Assembly: GCA_943787795.1 (NCBI GenBank)
Contig: CALSNU010000001.1
Coordinates: 1,384,285 to 1,448,284, forward strand
From: an uncultured bacterium
Lineage (GTDB): Bacteria > Planctomycetota > UBA1135 > GCA-002686595
Length of the DNA: 64,000 bases
Direction of reading: 5' to 3'
Below, one piece after another: positions 17,354 through 27,344 of the stretch (position 1 is its first letter; every line of letters starts with the position of its first letter). Made by a program: the position numbers and the translations under genes. The notes under the pieces are model-generated. The model searched no databases. It was not told where the DNA came from and saw only the letters and a program-made list of their open reading frames with translations.

Positions 17354-20300
17354 ATGCTCCGAAGCTCTCTCTTCTTCACGCGCTCACTGTGCCTCACGGC
17401 GCTTGTCGCAGCGTCCGCGCCCGCTTCGGCCGCCTCGGTTCGGTCCGCTCCCTGGATGCCCGCGGCTCCCCGGATGGCCGCGGCGTTGGCTGGATCGCCG
17501 GCCACTCCGCCGGCCACTCCGCCGGCCACACTGCCGGCGACGGCCCAAGAGGATGTCGAAGACCTCGAGGCCCTCATCGCGGCCGAGCGGGCTGAGGCGG
17601 ACTTGCTCCGCCGGCGTGGCCGGCTTACCGAGGCCCTCAAGGTCACCGACGAGCTGCTCGACGAGGACGAGGAGGACTCGCTGACCCTGGCGGTGCGCGG
17701 GCGCATTCGCCTCGACCGGGGGGAGATCGGGCGCGCAGAGCGGACGGCCTCGGAGGCCCTGGAGCTGGCCGAGACGAACGAGGAGCGTGCCGCGGCGGGC
17801 CACGTGCTGGCGGAGGTCCTCCTCAGGACAGGACGGGCCTCTCAGGTGCTCTCGACCCTCGAGGAGGTCGCCGGGAACTCGTCCTTCCTGGCGCCGGGCG
17901 AGCGAGCGCAGGACGCCTGGCTGCTGGCCTCCCTGCGCGACGGGCTCGGGGATCGCGCGGGGGCCGAGCGCATGGCGCGCAGCGGGGCGGCCACCGACCC
18001 TGAGGCCTCGGATTGGCATGGGCTGCTGGCTCGCGCGAGGTGCCAGCGACGGGCGGGGATGCTGGAGGCAGCGTCCCGCACCCTGGTGGCGGCGGACCGC
18101 GCCTCGCGCATGGGCCCTGGCGAGGAGCCCGACGTGCTCGTCGAGCTCGCGGACCTGTACTTCGAGAGCGAGCGGGAGGTCGAGGCGCCCGGCAAGCGCT
18201 CCGCCGGCCGGCTGTATCGCGACGCCCTTGAGATTCACCCGACCCACGAGCGGGCGCTGCTGGGGCAGTTTGCGCTGCACCGCTTCAATCGCCGGCGCAT
18301 GAGCAAGTCACCGGAGTCGATCCTGGGAACGCTGCTGACGGCGATCCCGGACTCCATCGACGGACTTGTGGCGCGGGCCGCTTCCGACCTCGAGGACGGC
18401 AAGCTCGTGGAGGTGCGGGCATCCCTCGCCCGGCTCGACGAGCTCGCGCCAGGACGCCGCGATGTGCAGACCCTGCACGCCGCCTTGTCCTGGGTCGAGC
18501 ATGACCGCGTGCGGACGGCGGAGATCCTCGAGGGCCTCCTGCGGGACGCGCCCCTCGACGGCCGCCCAGAACGCGAGATCGGGGGCCACCTCAGCGAGCT
18601 CTACCGCTTCGCCGAGGCGGTCGACTTCCTCCGCGCGGCGGTGGAGCGGGACCCGGGGGACTACGAGGCCTGGACCCTGCTCGGAGAGTGCCTCGCGAAC
18701 TCCGGTGATGAGAAGGGCGGGCTCGAAGCCCTGACTCGGGCCACGGAGGCCGCGCGGGGGCGTCGCGATGCGTACCGCCGAAATCTGACCCTCGTGCTGG
18801 AGCGCATGCAGCGGGCGTACGTCACCGAGTCGTACGGCTCCCTGAGCTTCTCCTGGCGACCCGACGCGGCCGAGGTGCTGCGCACGTATCTCGTGCCGTA
18901 CTACCAGCAGGCTCGGGAGGAGCTGAGCAAGCGCTACGGCTTCACGCCTGGCGCGACGACGATCTCCGTCTTCCGGCGGCACCGGGACTTCTCCGTGCGA
19001 TCGGTGGGCTTCGAGGGCTTCCCCGCGCTCGGGGTCTGCTTCGGCCCGGTGGTGACCGCGGTCTCTCCGCTCTCTCGCCTGCGGGGCAGCTTCTCCTGGG
19101 CGCGGACCGGCTTCCACGAGTTCAGCCACGTGGTCCACCTCGGGCTCTCCAACAACCGTTGCCCGCGCTGGATCACCGAGGGGCTCGCCACGTGGGAGGA
19201 GATCGAGAAGAACCCGACCTGGTCCCGCAACATGCGGCGCGACCTCCTGGACGCGAAGGCGAACGGGGATCTGATTCCCCTGCGCGAGCTCAACCGCGCC
19301 TTCAGGGGCCCCCGGATTCTCTTCGGCTACTACCAGGGTGGGCTCCTTTGCGAGATGCTCATCGACGAGCACGGCTTCCCGCCCATGGTGGCGCTGCTGC
19401 GCGCGTTTGACCTCGGCGCGGACCTGGACCAGGCGTTCCGCTCGGTCTTTGACGTCACCCCCGAGGAGGTGGACGCGTCCTTCCTGCGCTTTGTCGACGG
19501 GAAGCTCGCTGGACTCCAGATCGAGCCTCGCTGGGCGGATCGAACCCTGCGCCGCCTCCAGCTTCGGATGGCCACCGTCCCGCCTGACGGGGCCCGCGAG
19601 CGCGCCCAATGGGCAGAGGACTGGACCACGGTCGCCTGGGGATCCCTCCAGCAGGGTCGGGCCATCGACGCGGAGCGTGCGCTCGAGGTGCTTGAGGAGG
19701 CTGGCGAAGACGGGCCGCGCATCCTGTTCCTGCTCGGGCAAATGGCCGTGTCTCGGGGCAGCATGGCCCGGGCGCGCCGGGTCTGGGAGCGCGCGGTCGA
19801 AGAGGGGGGCCGGGAGTACCGCTCGCTCCTCGCCCTCTCCCAGCTTCAGCTCGGCGGCGTCGGCGGTCCCCGGGACGCGGACGCGGCGGAGACGAGCCTG
19901 CGGCTCGCCATCGAGGCCTTCCCTGGCTTCGGCGAGGGCTCGGGCTCGGGGGAGAAGATGCTCGCGGAGCTGCTCCGTGTGAACGGTGACCCCGACGGCG
20001 CCATGGAGCTCATGGAGGAGTGGGCCCGCTGGAACGCGGGCGACTACGACGTCCGCATGGAGGTCGCCGCGTGGCACCTGGAGAACGACCGAGACGAGGC
20101 TGCCGTACGCCTCTTCGAGGAGGCCAACGAGGTGGACATGTTCCGCCGCGACCTGCACCTGTCCTGGGCCCAGGCCCTTGAGCGCCTCGGGCGCATGGAT
20201 GAGGCCGCTCGGGAATACAGCGTGACCCTCGCCGTCCCCCCCGCGTTTGACCCCGACCACCTCACCTACGTTGGCCCACCGGGGAACCTCCCGCCCGGAG

Positions 20301-20491
20301 CGGACCCCTCGAACCTCCCCGCCGGGCTGCTCGGCCAGATCCCGGAGGAGCTCCTGGAGGCCACCGCCCTCACCACGGACGAGCAGCTGGAGATCCTGGA
20401 CTCCGTGGTTCGCTGCGCCGAGGCCGCCGGCGACGAGGCGCGCGCGAAAGAGGCCATGGCGAGGGCGGACGAGCTGCGCTCCGGCGGCTGA
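17354..20491 (+). CDS. Exported TPR-repeat protein with central peptidase MA-like (HExxH) domain
   Basis: Signal peptide, many TPR-like helix pairs, HEFSH followed by PRWITEGLATWEE. Confidence 0.8.
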   Translation: MLRSSLFFTRSLCLTALVAASAPASAASVRSAPWMPAAPRMAAALAGSPATPPATPPATLPATAQEDVEDLEALIAAERAEADLLRRRGRLTEALKVTDELLDEDEEDSLTLAVRGRIRLDRGEIGRAERTASEALELAETNEERAAAGHVLAEVLLRTGRASQVLSTLEEVAGNSSFLAPGERAQDAWLLASLRDGLGDRAGAERMARSGAATDPEASDWHGLLARARCQRRAGMLEAASRTLVAADRASRMGPGEEPDVLVELADLYFESEREVEAPGKRSAGRLYRDALEIHPTHERALLGQFALHRFNRRRMSKSPESILGTLLTAIPDSIDGLVARAASDLEDGKLVEVRASLARLDELAPGRRDVQTLHAALSWVEHDRVRTAEILEGLLRDAPLDGRPEREIGGHLSELYRFAEAVDFLRAAVERDPGDYEAWTLLGECLANSGDEKGGLEALTRATEAARGRRDAYRRNLTLVLERMQRAYVTESYGSLSFSWRPDAAEVLRTYLVPYYQQAREELSKRYGFTPGATTISVFRRHRDFSVRSVGFEGFPALGVCFGPVVTAVSPLSRLRGSFSWARTGFHEFSHVVHLGLSNNRCPRWITEGLATWEEIEKNPTWSRNMRRDLLDAKANGDLIPLRELNRAFRGPRILFGYYQGGLLCEMLIDEHGFPPMVALLRAFDLGADLDQAFRSVFDVTPEEVDASFLRFVDGKLAGLQIEPRWADRTLRRLQLRMATVPPDGARERAQWAEDWTTVAWGSLQQGRAIDAERALEVLEEAGEDGPRILFLLGQMAVSRGSMARARRVWERAVEEGGREYRSLLALSQLQLGGVGGPRDADAAETSLRLAIEAFPGFGEGSGSGEKMLAELLRVNGDPDGAMELMEEWARWNAGDYDVRMEVAAWHLENDRDEAAVRLFEEANEVDMFRRDLHLSWAQALERLGRMDEAAREYSVTLAVPPAFDPDHLTYVGPPGNLPPGADPSNLPAGLLGQIPEELLEATALTTDEQLEILDSVVRCAEAAGDEARAKEAMARADELRSGG

Positions 20492-20539
20492 TGCCGGCCC
20501 GTCCGGGACCCAGCCGCGTCCAGGGGCTAGGATCTGCCC

Positions 20540-21430
20540 ATGGCCGCCCCCGCTGATCCCGCCCCCAGGACTCCCCCCGGAGAGTCTCCCCGGGTTGGGG
20601 CTGATGCCCCCGGCGAGCGCTCTCGCGGGGCGCTGGATCCCGACTCCCTGCCTGCCCAGCCCTTCATCGCAGAGGCCATGCCCACCGACGCACGATCGCC
20701 CGAGGGCCCGTCCACCGATGCGCGGGCGAGTCACGATGAGGCTGCTCCGGCCAGCGCGGGCCGACCCCTGTTCGTGGTCCTCGATGGAGTGGACGGCTGC
20801 GGCAAGACCACCCAGGCCGCGCGCCTCGCGGCGTCGCTCGCGGCCCGCCGGGCGTCCGGGAGCGAGGGGTCCCTCCACCTCAGGGAGCCGGGGAGCACTC
20901 CGGCGGGGGAGCGAATTCGCGAGCTTGTCCTCGAGCCTGACCTCGAACTCGGCCGGGGCTCGCTCGCCATGCTCTTCGCTGCGGCGCGCCGCGAAACCCT
21001 GGAGCAGCTCGTGGGACCAGCCATGGCCGCGGGGCGCGACGTGGTCATCGAGCGTTTCCACGCCTCCACGTACGCCTACCAGGGCAGCTCCCAGCTGGAG
21101 GGAGGGGAGGCCGCCTCGCCGTTCAGCGACGACGATCTGCTCGCGCTGCTGCGCACCTGGTCCGGGACGCCGGTGCCGGACGTGGAGGTGATCTTGGAGC
21201 TCCCGCCGGCCGTGGCCTTCGAGCGGGCTTCCGCTCGGGATGGCGGCCCGCGCGACCGCTTCGAGGCGCGCGGGGTGAGCTTCCAGGAGGGCGTCTCAGC
21301 GGCCATGCGGGACTACGCGAGCCGGGTGCCCAGCGCCGTGGTGGTGGACGGGACCGGAGACGAGGACGACGTCGCCGCGCGCGTCCTCGCGGCGGTGCTC
21401 GGCCACGCGGGAGGGCGGGCAGATGTCTGA
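20540..21430 (+). CDS. tmk: Thymidylate kinase with Pro/Ala-rich N-terminal extension
   Basis: DGVDGCGKTTQ P-loop, REPG, ERFHASTYAYQG and DRFE; true start may be further downstream. Confidence 0.92.
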   Translation: MAAPADPAPRTPPGESPRVGADAPGERSRGALDPDSLPAQPFIAEAMPTDARSPEGPSTDARASHDEAAPASAGRPLFVVLDGVDGCGKTTQAARLAASLAARRASGSEGSLHLREPGSTPAGERIRELVLEPDLELGRGSLAMLFAAARRETLEQLVGPAMAAGRDVVIERFHASTYAYQGSSQLEGGEAASPFSDDDLLALLRTWSGTPVPDVEVILELPPAVAFERASARDGGPRDRFEARGVSFQEGVSAAMRDYASRVPSAVVVDGTGDEDDVAARVLAAVLGHAGGRADV

Positions 21431-22490
21431 CCTGGTCCGACCCCGCGGACACCAGGACGCCGTGACGGGCCTGGTCCAAAGCGCGCGTGAAGGGCGCCTG
21501 CCCCACGCGCTGCTGTTCACCGGCCCCGACGGCGTGGGCAAGTTCCGCGCGGGGTTGTGGTTCGCCGCGGCGCTGCTCTGCGAGGAGGCGGGGGACGCGC
21601 CATGCGGGGTCTGCGGCTCCTGCAAGCGAGCGCGGGCGGCCTCACACGCGGACCTGTTCCCCGTGGACGCCCGGGCCCACGATCAGGACGAGCTGACGGT
21701 CTTCTTCGTCGCGCACCGCGAAGACCGGCCCTCCACCGCGTACCAGGGCGCGAGCATCGAGGACTTCCTCGGCCTCCGCGCGGCCGAGGGGAGGGGCAAG
21801 TTCGTCGTCATACGCGAGGCGCACCGCCTCAACGAGGTGGCCCAGAACGCGCTCCTCAAGATGCTCGAGGAACCGCGTGACGGCGTGCACTTCGTGCTGG
21901 AGACGGCGACGCCTGACGCGCTGCTCGAGACGGTGCGCAGCCGCGTGGTGGAGGTCCGCCTGGACGGCCTGGATCGGGAGACCTGTGAGGCGGTGCTCTT
22001 CGAGGCCGGCGGGTTTGACCGCACGGATGCCGGGCAGATGGAGGAGGTCGCGGAGCTCGTCCGCCTCTCTGGCGGATCGCCAGGCGTGGCGCTCGAGCTG
22101 GGGGCGAGGCGGGCTCCCGAGCTCGCTCAACTTCTGGGCGCGGCCCTGACGGGGGAGCGTGCAGCCCACGACGTCGCCGCAGAGCTCTGGGATGTGGACG
22201 GCGACTTCCACGGCAAGACGGCCTTCGTCCGGCGCCGGGTGCGCGCGGAGACGATCCTCGACCTGGGCCTTGGGATCCTCGCGGACGCCGAGCGCTGCCT
22301 GGCCGGCGGCGACCCCGCGCCTCTTCGCCATGGCCCCGCGGCCGAGTCGCTTGCGGCCACTGCTGCCTTTGCTTCCACGCCGGCCCGACGCAGAATGGGG
22401 CGCGCGTGGCTCGAGGCCCGCGAGGACCTCCGGCTCAACCTCTCCCCCGAGGGCCTCGTGGACCGAGCTCTCGCCTCTCTGCCGCGCTGA
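21423..22490 (+). CDS. holB: DNA polymerase III delta-prime subunit
   Basis: PHALLFTGPDGVGK, zinc motif C...CGVCGSC, QNALLKMLEEP, TVRSR; follows tmk. Confidence 0.9.
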   Translation: MSDLVRPRGHQDAVTGLVQSAREGRLPHALLFTGPDGVGKFRAGLWFAAALLCEEAGDAPCGVCGSCKRARAASHADLFPVDARAHDQDELTVFFVAHREDRPSTAYQGASIEDFLGLRAAEGRGKFVVIREAHRLNEVAQNALLKMLEEPRDGVHFVLETATPDALLETVRSRVVEVRLDGLDRETCEAVLFEAGGFDRTDAGQMEEVAELVRLSGGSPGVALELGARRAPELAQLLGAALTGERAAHDVAAELWDVDGDFHGKTAFVRRRVRAETILDLGLGILADAERCLAGGDPAPLRHGPAAESLAATAAFASTPARRRMGRAWLEAREDLRLNLSPEGLVDRALASLPR

Positions 22491-22498
22491 ACAACGTC

Positions 22499-22924
22499 AT
22501 GGATCCCTTACGCGAGTGCTGGAAGAAGGACCCTCGGTATCGCCTCGAGGCCTACAAGTTCCTCTTCGATGCCTTGGATAAGACCGTGCGGCTCGCAGGG
22601 AAGGACCAGGCGACCGAGGACGACAAGCACGTCTCCGGACAGCAGCTGTTGGACGGGATGAGGGTCCATGCCTCCCGCCTCTTCGGTCCGCTCGCCGCCC
22701 AGGTCTGGCGCACCTGGGGGGTGCGTAGCACGACGGACTGGGGGCGTATCGTCTTCAACCTCGTGGACAGCGAGCTGCTCCGCCGTCAGGAGTCGGACTC
22801 CATCGAGGACTTCCGCGACGGCTATGACTTTGAAGAGGTCTTCGTTCAGGCCTATCGCCCGGAGCTCCCGGTCGAGCTGGGCGCGCAGCCGCGCGGCCCG
22901 CTGGACGGTCCGGAGGCCAGCTGA
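22499..22924 (+). CDS. Minf_1886-family protein (Planctomycetota/Verrucomicrobiota-type)
   Basis: DPRYRLEAY.F, HVSGQQLL, FGPLA..V...WG...T.DWG.IVFNLV and DSIEDF. Confidence 0.85.
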   Translation: MDPLRECWKKDPRYRLEAYKFLFDALDKTVRLAGKDQATEDDKHVSGQQLLDGMRVHASRLFGPLAAQVWRTWGVRSTTDWGRIVFNLVDSELLRRQESDSIEDFRDGYDFEEVFVQAYRPELPVELGAQPRGPLDGPEAS

Positions 22925-24144
22925 TGCTGGAGCGCCTCGACAAGAGCAAGCGGAACATCGGCCTGGCCGCCGTGGCGGCGCTGCTCGTCTGGGGCGGCTG
23001 GGCCGTCCGCAGCGTCCTGAACCCGCTCATCCTCGGGTACCTCTTCGCCTACATCCTGCGGCCGAGCGTCAAGGGGCTCGAGACTCGGGGGCTCGGCCGA
23101 CGCTCGGCCGTCAACGTGATCTTCTCTGCCTTCGCGGTGGTGATGACCGTGACCGTGCTCGGGGTGGCCTTCCAGGCCCAGCAGGCCACGGAGCGGCTGA
23201 TGGCGGCCTCAAGGTCGGGGCACGACCCCATCGCCGTGGCGGAGGCCCGCATCGACGAGGTGCTCGAGGGCGCCTCCGACTGGCTGCATGGAATGTTCGG
23301 CGAGGACGAGCCCGGACCCGACGGGCCCCGGGACTCGGGCGGCGCTCCACCCAGCGGGTCGAACGCCGACCTCTCGGCGGAGGGCCCCACCCTCCGCAAG
23401 CTGCTCCGGTCGTGGTCCGCGGAGTTCACCGCCAAGGTCGGCGACGGGGGGTCCAGCGCGCTGGTCGTCTGGGTGCTGGCGGTCCTGAGCAGCCTCTTCG
23501 GCGGCGCCCTCAGCATCTTCGCGTTCCTGACGCTACTGCCGGTCTACACCTACTTCCTGCTCTTCGAGCTGGAGCGCATCCACGGCTTCGTGCATGACCA
23601 CCTCCCCAAGCGGGAGCGGGAGCGCGTCTCCCGGGTGGCGATGGCGATCGGCGCCGTGCTCGCGAACTTCTTCCGCGGGCGGCTGCTCATCTGCTTCCTG
23701 AAGGGGGCCGTGATCACCGTCGGGCTCATGCTTGCCGGCGTCCCGCACCCATTCCTCCTGGGGATGCTGAGCGGATTCATGGCGCTGATCCCCTTCGCGG
23801 GGCCGTTCCTGAGCTTCCTGCTGGCCTACTTCGTGGGCCTGCAGCGCATGGAGCCCGCGGAGGCGGCGCTCTGGATCGCCCCGATCTACGCCGTCGCCGA
23901 GGCCTTCGAGGGCTACGTGCTGATCCCGAAGATCCTCGGGGACAGCTTGGGCTTGCACCCGGTGGTGATCCTCCTGGCGGTCTTCGTCGGCGGCTCAGCC
24001 CTGGGGCTCTTCGGGTTCCTGATCGCGGTGCCCCTGGCGGCGACGCTGATTATCCTCTTCCGTGAGTTCGTGATGCCCGCCCTCGAGGAATTCGCCGAGG
24101 AGGACAGCCATGTCGACCCCGACCCTGGGGAGCCCACGGGCTGA
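22924..24144 (+). CDS. AI-2E family transporter
   Basis: AYILRP, FFRGRL, IPFAGP and EGYVLIPKILGDSLGLHP motifs; multi-TM. Confidence 0.9.
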   Translation: MLERLDKSKRNIGLAAVAALLVWGGWAVRSVLNPLILGYLFAYILRPSVKGLETRGLGRRSAVNVIFSAFAVVMTVTVLGVAFQAQQATERLMAASRSGHDPIAVAEARIDEVLEGASDWLHGMFGEDEPGPDGPRDSGGAPPSGSNADLSAEGPTLRKLLRSWSAEFTAKVGDGGSSALVVWVLAVLSSLFGGALSIFAFLTLLPVYTYFLLFELERIHGFVHDHLPKRERERVSRVAMAIGAVLANFFRGRLLICFLKGAVITVGLMLAGVPHPFLLGMLSGFMALIPFAGPFLSFLLAYFVGLQRMEPAEAALWIAPIYAVAEAFEGYVLIPKILGDSLGLHPVVILLAVFVGGSALGLFGFLIAVPLAATLIILFREFVMPALEEFAEEDSHVDPDPGEPTG

Positions 24145-24517
24145 GGTCAGAGCCCGCCGTGGGTCCCCTTCTGGGGGCCCGCCCTCTTGCTCATCCTGTT
24201 GCTTCCCCGGCGCGCTGCCGAGGGGGAGACCGGTGCTGCTCCGTGGGGGGGGCTGTGGGTGGGACATGGGCCCGCGCGACGCCGCCCTGGGAGCTCTGCG
24301 ACCCCCAGGGAGCCCCAGGGGGGGCGAATCCCGGCCAAGATCCACCGGCCCGCGCTTCGATCCGCCCTCCCCGATCGCTACGGTCAGGAGCGAGGGGGTC
24401 GTCCGAAGCCGCTCGTTTCAGGTCCGAGGGGCCCGGCGAGCCTGGTTTGGGGCGTCCAGCCTGGTCGCAAGTCGCCAGCGCGGCGCGGCCTCCGCTGAAC
24501 AGTCAGATCACGCACAC

Positions 24518-25276
24518 ATGTTCCACGCCATCAAGACCCGGCGCCAAGGCGCCAACCTACAGGCCCGTTCCGTCTCCAGCCGCGCGTCCCTGGCCGCAGG
24601 CGCTCTGCTCGCGGCCGTCGCCGTAACCTCCTGCGCCTCGCCGCAGCAGGTGCAGCAGACCCGCCAGCTCGCCAAGGAGTACGAGAGTCAGGTCTACGAC
24701 CTGCAGCGCACGCTCGCCGAACTCAAGGCCGACAACGCTCGCCTCACAGACCGCCTCGCCAAGGAGCGCAAGGCGAGCCTGATCAACGCCAGCGCCGACA
24801 CCACGCTCACCAAGCGCATCGACGACCTCGGTCGGATGATCGACGACATGGAGGGGCCGATGGGCGACATCGAGCGCTTCGAGCTCGAGGGCGGGTACCT
24901 GCTGATGATCCAGGATCGGATCCTCTTTGACTCCGGGTCCGCCACCCTGGGCAACGAAGGGATCGACGCCCTGGCGGGGATCGCGAGTGAGATCGCGGCC
25001 ACGCCCCACGGGGAGATCTTCGTCCGCGGCCACACGGACTCCGATCCGGTCAAGAAGCCTGCCACGCTGAAGCGCTTCCCCAACGGCAACCTCCAGCTCT
25101 CCGCCGAACGAGCCGTCTCGGTGGCGTCGTACCTCATCGGCAACTCGCGCATCCGCGGCGGTGAGGTCGTGGTCATGGGCTTCGGCTCGCACAAGCCCGT
25201 GCGCCCGAACGACTCCCCAGACTCGAAGCGCATGAACCGTCGCGTCGAGATCTTCGTTTCGGACCCGGTCAACTGA
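24518..25276 (+). CDS. OmpA/MotB-family lipoprotein with coiled coil
   Basis: Lipobox VTSC; ILFDSGSA, VRGHTDSDP, NLQLSAERA and NRRVEI motifs. Confidence 0.88.
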   Translation: MFHAIKTRRQGANLQARSVSSRASLAAGALLAAVAVTSCASPQQVQQTRQLAKEYESQVYDLQRTLAELKADNARLTDRLAKERKASLINASADTTLTKRIDDLGRMIDDMEGPMGDIERFELEGGYLLMIQDRILFDSGSATLGNEGIDALAGIASEIAATPHGEIFVRGHTDSDPVKKPATLKRFPNGNLQLSAERAVSVASYLIGNSRIRGGEVVVMGFGSHKPVRPNDSPDSKRMNRRVEIFVSDPVN

Positions 25277-25311
25277 AGGACCCGGTCCACTGAAGGATCC
25301 GGTCCACTGAG
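25261..25311. repeat. 3 x 17-bp tandem repeat spanning the OmpA-family stop codon
   Basis: ggacccggtcaactgaa / ggacccggtccactgaa / ggatccggtccactgag. Confidence 0.85.
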
Positions 25312-25359
25312 GGGCGGCGGCGCGCCGCCGCCGCCTGAGACCGGGACGGACAGCCCGCC

Positions 25360-26439
25360 GTGACCGACCCCAGCCAGACCCAGAGACGACGCCCCGTGCG
25401 CACAGCGCCGCGGGGCGTTGTCTTGTACTGCATCCTGGGAGCGCTGCTCTCCTCGGCGTGCGGGCCGTGGGGAAGAGAGGGCGCGCTGGACGCGGGGACC
25501 GCGGGGGTGATCGAGACGCTCGAGAGCTTGGCCTTCGTGCCCAGCGGGCGGACCGCGCTCGACATCGACGTCGGTGCGGACGTCGATCTGGTCGTGGACC
25601 GCTTCGAGGTGACCGAGTCGATCTGGACCGGGCTCTTCGGCGAGGACGACCCTCGTCCGGAGAACTTCGCGTCCTTCGTGGGACGGCAGGTGGGGGCCGC
25701 CCCGCCCGAGGCCTGGATTCTCCAGGCGCCTGCCGTGGGGATGAACCTCGATGAGGCCCGCCAGGCGGCTCGCCTGCGGGGCATGCGCCTCCCCACGTTC
25801 GAGGAGTGGCTGTGGTGCGCCGCCGGGCCTCGCTCGCGTCGCTTCCCGGCGGGCCGGCAGCAGCGCGGCCTCGCCAATACGCTGGAACTGGGCCTGGTGC
25901 GGCCAACGCCCGTGGGGGCCTTCGAGAGCGGACAGACACCCGACACGGGGATCTTCGACCTCCTCGGCAACGTCTGGGAGTGGACAGAACCGCCGCCGCC
26001 GCTGTCGGGCTGGAAGACCATCGATGCGGATGCCTGGCCTGTGGGAGGCGGCTCAGGTGCGCCCGCATGGATCCTCGGGGGGAGCTTCTCGACGCCGGAG
26101 AAGGTGCTCTTCACGCGGGATGGGGTCGCGCTCGCCATGGGGAGGACGACGGGGCACCGGGGCGCTGACCTCGGCATGCGCTGCGTGATGGAGGCGATCC
26201 CGTTCCTGGTGTCGCTCGAGGATCCTGGGAACGGGCTCCCCCAGGCGGCGCGCGCTCGGGTCGTCGCCGTGGGCGCGCGCTGGGGCTCTCGGTCCGTGGA
26301 CGCGCTGGAGGCGGCTCGCGCCGCCGCGCCGGAGAGCTCCTGGGTGGAGGCCTTGCTGGAGGGCGCCGGCCGGGGACGAGAGGCCACGGGGGGCGGCGGC
26401 CTGGACTTGCCCGACCGCGATGGGGGGCTCCCGCGTTGA
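25360..26439 (+). CDS. FGE-sulfatase (SUMF1/PvdO-like) domain lipoprotein
   Basis: RLPTFEEW, GIFDLLGNVWEW, GGSF and GMRCV motifs; LSSAC lipobox. Confidence 0.8.
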   Translation: MTDPSQTQRRRPVRTAPRGVVLYCILGALLSSACGPWGREGALDAGTAGVIETLESLAFVPSGRTALDIDVGADVDLVVDRFEVTESIWTGLFGEDDPRPENFASFVGRQVGAAPPEAWILQAPAVGMNLDEARQAARLRGMRLPTFEEWLWCAAGPRSRRFPAGRQQRGLANTLELGLVRPTPVGAFESGQTPDTGIFDLLGNVWEWTEPPPPLSGWKTIDADAWPVGGGSGAPAWILGGSFSTPEKVLFTRDGVALAMGRTTGHRGADLGMRCVMEAIPFLVSLEDPGNGLPQAARARVVAVGARWGSRSVDALEAARAAAPESSWVEALLEGAGRGREATGGGGLDLPDRDGGLPR

Positions 26440-27311
26440 GCGCCACGGATCGACCGGATCGCCCGCCCTGGGCAGACTTCAAGGGCGCTCTGGAGCGCGC
26501 AGGGTTCCACCCCTCCCGCCGCCTCGGGCAGAACTTCCTGCTCGACGACAACATGGCCCGGGCCATCGCGTCCGACTCGGGCGTCACCGCGGGGCACTTC
26601 ACCCTCGAGGTCGGCCCCGGGTGTGGATTCCTCTCGGTCCACCTGGCCCACGCCGGGGCCCGGCTGCTGTGTGTCGAGATCGATCCGCGCCTCGCGCCCA
26701 TCGCGCGGGACTTCCTCCAGCCCTACCCGGACGCGGAGGTGATCGAGGCGGATGTTCTCGCGAGCAAGTCCAGCCTCGCCCCGGAGGTGCTGGAGCGGCT
26801 GCCGGCAGCGGGCGAGTGGACCCTCTGCGCGAACCTGCCCTATTCCATCTCGGGCCCCTTCCTGGCCACCGTCGCTCAGCTCCAGAATCCTCCCTCCCGG
26901 GTCGCCTGCCTCGTCCAGAAGGAGGTCGCGGAGCGCCTCGCAAGCGCCCCTGGCGACGCCACCTGGGGGCCGCTCTCGGCGGCCTTCCAGGAGTCGTACG
27001 AGGTGACCCTGGGGCGCTTTGTGCCTCCCCAGCTGTTCTGGCCCCGCCCCAAGGTGGACAGCGCGGTGTTCCTGGCAGACCTCCGCGGCGACCTCGCCGC
27101 CCCCGAGGAGCGGGCCCGCCGCATGCAGTTCTTCCGGGACCTCATGCAGCGGCGCCGCAAGAGCCTGCGCCGGGTCCTCTCGGACCTCGTGGGAGGCGCT
27201 CAGGCGACCCGTAGCCTCGAGGCGTTGGACCTGGATCCCCTCCGCCGTGCCGAGACCCTCTCGCTTCCTGAGCTGCGGGCGCTGGAGCGGGAAGCTCGGG
27301 CCGACGTATAG
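26436..27311 (+). CDS. rsmA: 16S rRNA m6,6A dimethyltransferase
   Basis: LGQNFL, EVGPG, EID, ANLPY, FWPRPKVDS, QRRRKSL and RAETLS. Confidence 0.95.
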   Translation: MSATDRPDRPPWADFKGALERAGFHPSRRLGQNFLLDDNMARAIASDSGVTAGHFTLEVGPGCGFLSVHLAHAGARLLCVEIDPRLAPIARDFLQPYPDAEVIEADVLASKSSLAPEVLERLPAAGEWTLCANLPYSISGPFLATVAQLQNPPSRVACLVQKEVAERLASAPGDATWGPLSAAFQESYEVTLGRFVPPQLFWPRPKVDSAVFLADLRGDLAAPEERARRMQFFRDLMQRRRKSLRRVLSDLVGGAQATRSLEALDLDPLRRAETLSLPELRALEREARADV

Positions 27312-27344
27312 TTGCCGGGCCCCGCCCTCGCGCGGGCTACTGCC

